Shown here in pieces: positions 58,101-64,000 of a DNA stretch of 64,000 bases. Location: NCBI RefSeq assembly GCF_009914755.1, contig NC_060947.1, one strand, 5' to 3'. A program made the translations under genes and the position numbers. The first letter of the stretch is position 1; every line of letters starts with the position of its first letter. The notes beneath the pieces were generated by a model. It did no database searches. It was given only the letters and a program-made list of their open reading frames with translations, and was not told where the DNA came from. The stretch comes from the human T2T-CHM13v2.0 reference genome, Homo sapiens.

Positions 58101-58200
58101 CTGGAATATTACTGGTGATAATCTTGTTGTCAGATATTGTTTTTGGTTTTCTATGTGAAAGAGTGAAGCTATATTGGTTCTACTCTCCCATTTTGGTCAA
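55165..58200 (-). mobile_element. L1M 5' half (5'UTR, ORF1, spacer), antisense, interrupted by MER11
   Basis: ORF 56843-57085(-) carries L1 ORF1-like NLRIIGIQEG...ENFPN; reverse complement of about 58180-58199 (ccaaaatgggagagtag) resembles an L1 5' terminus. Confidence 0.8.
55510..56496 (-). mobile_element. MER11A-type solo LTR (HERV-K11/HML-8)
   Basis: Reverse complement starts tgttgcgggaagtcagggaccctgaacggagggacc; agatcacaagg repeats; host L1 resumes cctttagcatttcttgtaag. Confidence 0.88.
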
Positions 58201-58207
58201 ATGTTTC

Positions 58208-60526
58208 CTGTGTTTTTACAAATTGAAGGTTTGTGGCCACTCTGCATTGAGCAAGTCTATCAGCACCATTTTTCTAATAGCATGGGATCATTTCATGTCT
58301 CTGTGTTACATTTTGATAATTCTCACAATATTTCAAACTTTTTCATTGTTATTGTCTCTGTTATGGTGAACTGTGATCAGTGATCTTTGAAGTTACTATT
58401 GTAAATGTTTTGGGGTACCATAAGCCACACCTATAGAAGACAGTGAACTTAATCAATGTTTCGTGTGTGTTCTAACTGCTACACTGATAAGCCATTCCAT
58501 TTCTCCCCCTCTCCTCAGGTCTTCCTGTTCCCTGAGACACAACAATATTGAAATTTGGACAGTTAATAAGCCTATGATGACCTCTAAGTTTTCAAGGGAA
58601 AGGAAGAGTCACATGTCTATCACTTTAAATCAACAGCTAAAATGGATTAAGCTTCATGAGAAAGGCACATTGAAAGCCAAGATAGATAGACCAAAAGCTA
58701 AACCTCTTGCACCAGTTAACCAAGTTGTGAATGCAAAGGAAAAATTCTTGAAGGAAATTAAAAGTGCTACCTAAATGAACACGTGAGTAATAAGAAAGTG
58801 AAACAAACTTATTGCTGATATGGAGAAAGTTTGGGCAGTCTGGATAGAAGATCAAATCAGTGACAACATTCACTTAAGCCAAAGCCTAATCCAGAGTGAG
58901 GCCCAAATTCTCTTTAATTCTGTGAAGACTAAGAGAGGTGAGGAAGCTGAAGAAGACTAGTTAGAGGCTAGTAAAAGTTGGTTCATGACATTTAAAGAAA
59001 GAAACCATCTCCTTAACATAAAAGTAGAAGATGAAGCAGCAAATGCCAATGAAGAAGCTGCAGCAAGTTATCCAGAAGATCTAGCAAAGGTAATTGATGA
59101 AGGTGACTACACTAAACAACAGATTTTCAGTGTATATGAAACAGCTTTATATTGGGAAAAGATGCCGTCCAGGACTTTCACAGCTAGGGAGGAAAAGTCA
59201 GTGCCTGTGCCTGCTTTCAAAGATTCAAAGGACAGGCTGACTTTCTTCTTAGGGGCTAATATAACTGGTGACTTTAAGTTGAAGTCAATGCTGATTTATC
59301 ATTCAGAAAATCTCAGGGCTTTTAAGAATTATGCTAAATCTACTCAGTCTGTGCTCTAGAAATGGAACAACAAAGCCTGGATGACAGTACATCTGTTTAC
59401 AGCATGGTTTACTAAATATTTAAAAATTCAAAATATTACTGTTCATTAATAATGTACCTGGTCTCCCAAGAGCTCTGATGGAGATGTACAAGGAGGTTAA
59501 TGTTGTTTTCATGGCTGCTGCCACAACAGCCATTCTGCAGCCCATCAATCAAGAAGTAATTTTGAATTTCAAGTCTTACTATTTAAGAAATACATTTTGT
59601 AAGTCTATGGCTGCCATATATAATGATTCCCCTGATAGAACTGAGCAAAATAAATTGAAAACTTTCTAGAAAGGATTCACTATTCTAGATGCCATTAAAA
59701 ACATTCATGATCCATGGGAGGAGGTCAAACTTCCAGGAGTTTAGAAGAAGTTTATTCCAACCTCATGGATGACTTTAAGGGGTTCAAGACTTCAGTGGAA
59801 GAAGTAACTGCAGGTGTGGTGGGAATAGCAAGAAAACTAGAAATTAGAAGTGGATCCTGAAGATGTGACTGAATTCCTGCTTTCTCATGATAAAACTTTA
59901 AAGGATGAGGAGTTACTTCTTATGGATGAGCAAATAAAGTGGTTTCTTGAGATGGAATCTATCTCTGCTGAAGATGCTGTGAACATCGTGGGAATGACAA
60001 CAAACGATTTAGAATAGTATATCAACATAGTTGATAAAGCAGCGGCAGGGGTTGAAAGGACTGAATCCAATGTCAAAAGAAGTTCCACTGTGGGTAAAAT
60101 GCTATCAAACAGCATCACATGCTACAGAGAAATCTTTCATGAAAGGAAGAGCCAATTAATATGGCAAACTTCATTGTTGTCTTATTTTAAGAAATTGTTA
60201 CAGCCAGCTCAACCTTCAGCAACGACCACCCTGATCAGTCAGCAGCCATCAACATTTAGGCAAGACCCTCCTCCAGCAAAAAGATTATGATTCACTGAAT
60301 GTTCAGGTGATTGTTAGCATTTTTTTAGCAGTAAATTATTTTTAAATTCAAGTATGTACATTATTTTAGCATAATGCTATTGAACACTTAATGGAAAAAT
60401 TGTAGTGTAAACATAACTTTTATATGCACTAGGAAACCAAACATTTAATGTGACTTGCTTTATTGTGAAAATTGCTTTATTGTGGTGGTCTGGATCTGAA
60501 CCCACAATATCTCCGAGGTATGACTA
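58208..60526 (+). mobile_element. Tigger1 DNA transposon, nearly full length (5' TIR missing)
   Basis: ttttacaaattgaaggtttgtggc...; 3' TIR aatatctccgaggtatgacta followed by TA. Confidence 0.95.
58578..60290 (+). pseudogene. Tigger1 pogo-type (CENP-B-like HTH + DDE) transposase, fragmented
   Basis: Peptides [60 protein letters not shown]; many stops and frameshifts. Confidence 0.9.
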
Positions 60527-60571
60527 TATGTGTATAATTTTCTTTTTTGTTTTTGCATTTTTTTGCATGGT

Positions 60572-60740
60572 TAGGATTAGAGTGAAGTGATTAAGGCCCT
60601 AATTTTCTCAGACAAAAAATTCATAGGGATGCCAAAAGTTCAGTCATTAAAATAAATATTTTAATGCAATATTTTTTAAAAATCTAATTTAATGAAAAAA
60701 TTCGTAATGAAAACTGTTAATATTTTAAATAGAGACAGGC
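60572..60740. mobile_element. hAT-type DNA transposon fragment (MER96/Zaphod-like; tentative)
   Basis: gggatgccaaaagttcagtcattaaaataaatattttaatgcaatatttt. Confidence 0.45.
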
Positions 60741-60769
60741 TGTTGTTTTTTGTTTTATAATCTGTAATA

Positions 60770-61188
60770 TTAGGCAAATATGTTTTTAGAGCCTTGGAAA
60801 CTAGAAATAGTGTCCCTCTCCAGAACAGGTGGCAGATTTGTTTGCTACTCAGTATAATAAAGATAATGTCTCTATCTGGGGCAAGGATCAGGGAGGTTTG
60901 CTTGCAGCCATTTATAAAATACTTTGATTTTCTGATATTAAGGTCCCTCAGCTGTGACTTAGGTGTGTGACATCTATTTGGGTCTCTCTGTGTTGCCTTT
61001 GTGGGATTTGGGGGTCAAGGAAAACTGACACAAGCATGAACTCATGCTTTGTGCTGTACTGGGAGTAATAAAGGTCTTTGTCTCTAACACGGGGACTTAC
61101 TGTCCTCTGACTGCATCCGTGAAATCCACACTAACTTGCCAGGTTTCTAGTAGGGTAGAAATTACAAATCTTTCACAATTCTTAACAG
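60770..61188 (+). mobile_element. ERV LTR fragment (MER89/MER90-like; tentative)
   Basis: aataaaggtctttgtctct; ends ttcacaattcttaaCA. Confidence 0.5.
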
Positions 61189-61249
61189 GAATGTTTTTTT
61201 TAATCCCATTTTGGGAAAAAGGAATAGTCTGTGTAAAGATTTGCAGCTC

Positions 61250-61765
61250 TAAGAGAAGTAAAAGCTTGGGTCAACTGAAAGACAACGTGCACAGAAGGTA
61301 ATACCTAGAATAATGTAGCAAAGGGACTGTGGCTGGAGCTTGAAGAGCCTTTTGTGCCATGTAAATGATTTGGACTTTGGACCATAGGCTTCATGCAGTC
61401 AGTGGAATGTTTTAAATAAAAATATAATAGTTTCACATTTGTTTATTAGAAAGACCACTCTGACAGAGTGGAGTATTGACTGGAGTCAAGAACAACCACT
61501 AGGAGGCTGCTGGAATAGTAATAAAAATAATAATATAGTAGTTAGAATTGCTGACATGTATCGGTCCTTGAGTTCCAGACACTGTATTAGGTTCCTCAGC
61601 CAGGATTATATTCTTCATTCCCGTGAGAAAAGAAGTTATTATCTATATTTTATATATTAGGGGAATGAAGTGGAGAGAAGTAAGTTAATTTGTGTAACTG
61701 AATGGCAGAATGAAGGTTGGGACTCGAGCTCTCTGACTCCAGACTCCAGGTTCTTAACCACTATG
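61250..61765 (-). mobile_element. L2 fragment followed by MIR
   Basis: ttagaaagaccactctgacag...ggaggctgctggaatagt; ctctgactccagactccaggttcttaaccactatg. Confidence 0.6.
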
Positions 61766-62664
61766 TAAGTATGGTTTTCATTACATGTACTCCACTTTTG
61801 CCATTTAAATTCCTATGTTGGGATCTTATGTCCAATATGGACTATAGGCGCTTTGTGTCAGATTGAATGTTTACTTCTATGTGTATTTACCCTGAAATTT
61901 CTAGTTATCGTTGGTCACACTATCCTTCAAATACATTATAGTTATTTTATCTCCTTCAAGTATATTACCTTGTCATTGATCGGGTTAAATTCCCATAGTT
62001 TTATTCTTGTTCACATCAACTCACACTCTCTAGATCTGTTTGTGTAATTTTACTGTCTTTCCCAGTGTGGGAAACTTTCTAATTGAGTAACAGTGGAGAA
62101 TTTAATGAGCCTGCTTTTTCTCTTCCAGTCCATTAATGAAGACTTAAAATGTCCTTTGTTTTTGTGCCATCACGTGTTACAAATTAATGCAATCATCAGA
62201 ATGCTAAGAGATTCTATTTTTATTAAGCAATGTAAATAGAAAATGCTAATTATGCATGTCTGTGAAACATTATTGAACTTAATAATGCATTGATTATCTC
62301 ATATAGATTCTTTTATCAATAAATAATATAGATAATCCCTATATAATCTGAAATTTCTAATAGAATACATAAGTGAAAATTGGAAAATAATTTCAAATTC
62401 AGTCCATTCATTTGTCAGCTAATTATGATTTAAATAAATATTTGTTATTTTTCATACAAGAAGTTTTCATGATAGAGGACGACAATAAGAAAATGGGAGG
62501 AAAAGGCAAATTAGATGTAAATATTCAAATCTTCACGGTGGAAAATATCAAACTATTATATAAATACATAGCTTCGTTCTGTACTTTATGGTCGGAACCA
62601 TGGGCTATTAGTTTATTTGGTAAATTTGACTATTTGATGTCTATTTAATGTCTACATTAACTAT

Positions 62665-63440
62665 TGTTTTGGTAACAGCTTAAGTGACATACAACTCACA
62701 TGCCATACAATTCACCCCTTTAAAGTGTGCAATTCGGTAGTTTTTTAGTATATTCACAGAGTTGTGCAACCATCACCACAATCAATTTTAAACATTTTGA
62801 CCACCTCAAAGAGAAACCCTGTGCCCTTTAATTGTCACCTCATCCCCTTTAACAATCCCCACATCCCCTTCAGCTCAAGGCAACTGCTACTTTCTGACTC
62901 TGTAAATTTACCTATTCTGGACATTTCATGTAAATGAAATCGTATAACATGTCATATTTTGTGACTGGCTTCTTTCACTTAATGCAATGTTTTCAAGGTT
63001 CATCCACATTGCAGCATGTGTCAGTACCTCATTCCTTTTTACGGTTTCATTACATGAATGTGCTACCTTTCATTTATCCACTAATCAATTGATAAACATT
63101 TGGATTGTTTACACTTTTGGCTATAATGAATAATGTTGTTATGAACACTCATGTACAAGTTTTAATGTGGACACATGTTTTTCTTTCTCTTGAGTGTGTA
63201 CCTAAGATTGAGATAGCTGGGTCAAATGAAAACCTTATGTTTAACCTTTTGAGGAAATGACAGACTGTCTTCCAAAATGATTGCACCATTTTACATTCCC
63301 TCCAAAACTGTTATAAGAGTTCCATTTTTTTCCATATCCTCGCCAACACTTGTTACTATCTGACTTTTAAATTATACCTGTCCTAGTGGGTGTGAAGTGG
63401 TATCTAGCTGTTGCTTTGATTTCCATGTCTCTGATGACTA
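62665..63440 (-). mobile_element. L1MB 3' region
   Basis: catacaattcacccctttaaagtgtgcaattc...gttgtgcaaccatcaccacaatcaatttt...ttgcaccattttacattccc. Confidence 0.88.
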
Positions 63441-63622
63441 AACTCAACTGATTGGATGAGGCCCATGCACATTAGGAAGGGGAATCTTCTTCACTTAGTC
63501 TACCAATTTAAATGTTAATCTCACCTAAAAACACCCTCACAAAAATACCCAGAATCATGTTTGACCAAATATCTGGGTACCCCACGGCCCAGTCAAGTTG
63601 ACACATAAAATTAACCATCATA
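63441..63622 (-). mobile_element. MLT2 (ERVL) LTR fragment
   Basis: aactgattggatgaggccca...gtcaagttgacacataaaattaaccatca. Confidence 0.85.
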
Positions 63623-63687
63623 GGACTCTTTCCACAGATCTTTTTCCTTTGCCACACAGACAGGACTAGTGCCTCAGAAGTGCACGT

Positions 63688-64000
63688 TATTGGTGTACTG
63701 AATTTGCCTTATACCAGCTCATGAGGGACAATTGTTAAAATTTCAGGAATTGACAGCCAATTGTTAAACATAGCCTATATTAAAAATTAAATTATATAAA
63801 CTTACAATTAAATGAATTATTTTAAAAGCAAAGGTAGTACTCAAATCGTCCTAATTATTTCACTGGATTATATGATTATGCTCTTGAGATCAATTACATC
63901 TATTTTATCTGTATGGTGGAAATACCATATAATGGTATGCTACTATACACACTCTTTCTTAGTTTTGCATTCAATTACGCTACATTGGTAACTTAAAACC
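63688..64000. mobile_element. hAT-Tip100 (Arthur1-like) element running off the window end
   Basis: tggtgtactg...taccagctcatgagggacaattgttaaa; same family type as 13723-13919. Confidence 0.55.

Noticed and set aside
58578-60290. Domesticated TIGD1-like gene
   Set aside because: Numerous stops, frameshifts and an internal deletion; a neutral Tigger1 fossil

Overview
Primate (most likely human or great ape) non-coding genomic DNA, intronic or intergenic, AT-rich and CpG-depleted. Roughly two-thirds is recognisable interspersed repeat. No host protein-coding gene, RNA gene or CpG island can be supported. The ORFs with recognisable homology are decayed L1 ORF1/ORF2, Tigger1 transposase or THE1-internal frames; the rest are Alu, microsatellite or chance frames. 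The main elements are a full-length but disabled L1PA4-like LINE-1 (38435-44602, perfect 16-bp TSD), a complete THE1A-type MaLR (33372-35652), a nearly complete Tigger1 (58208-60526), a MER11A-type solo LTR, and many Alu, MER, MLT, MIR, L2 and L1M fragments, often nested. I found no evidence for a new biological system. The strongest unexplained structure is an L1-mediated 3' transduction: L1, poly(A), about 1.18 kb of foreign unique DNA, AATAAA and a second poly(A), all inside a 13-bp TSD (16820-19482). Next are a candidate 9-nt microexon (48007-48015), a 13-nt micro-transduction in the full-length L1 tail, and several DNA-repair or template-switch scars. Repeat family names come from recalled consensus sequences, not a database search, and the boundaries of old elements are approximate.
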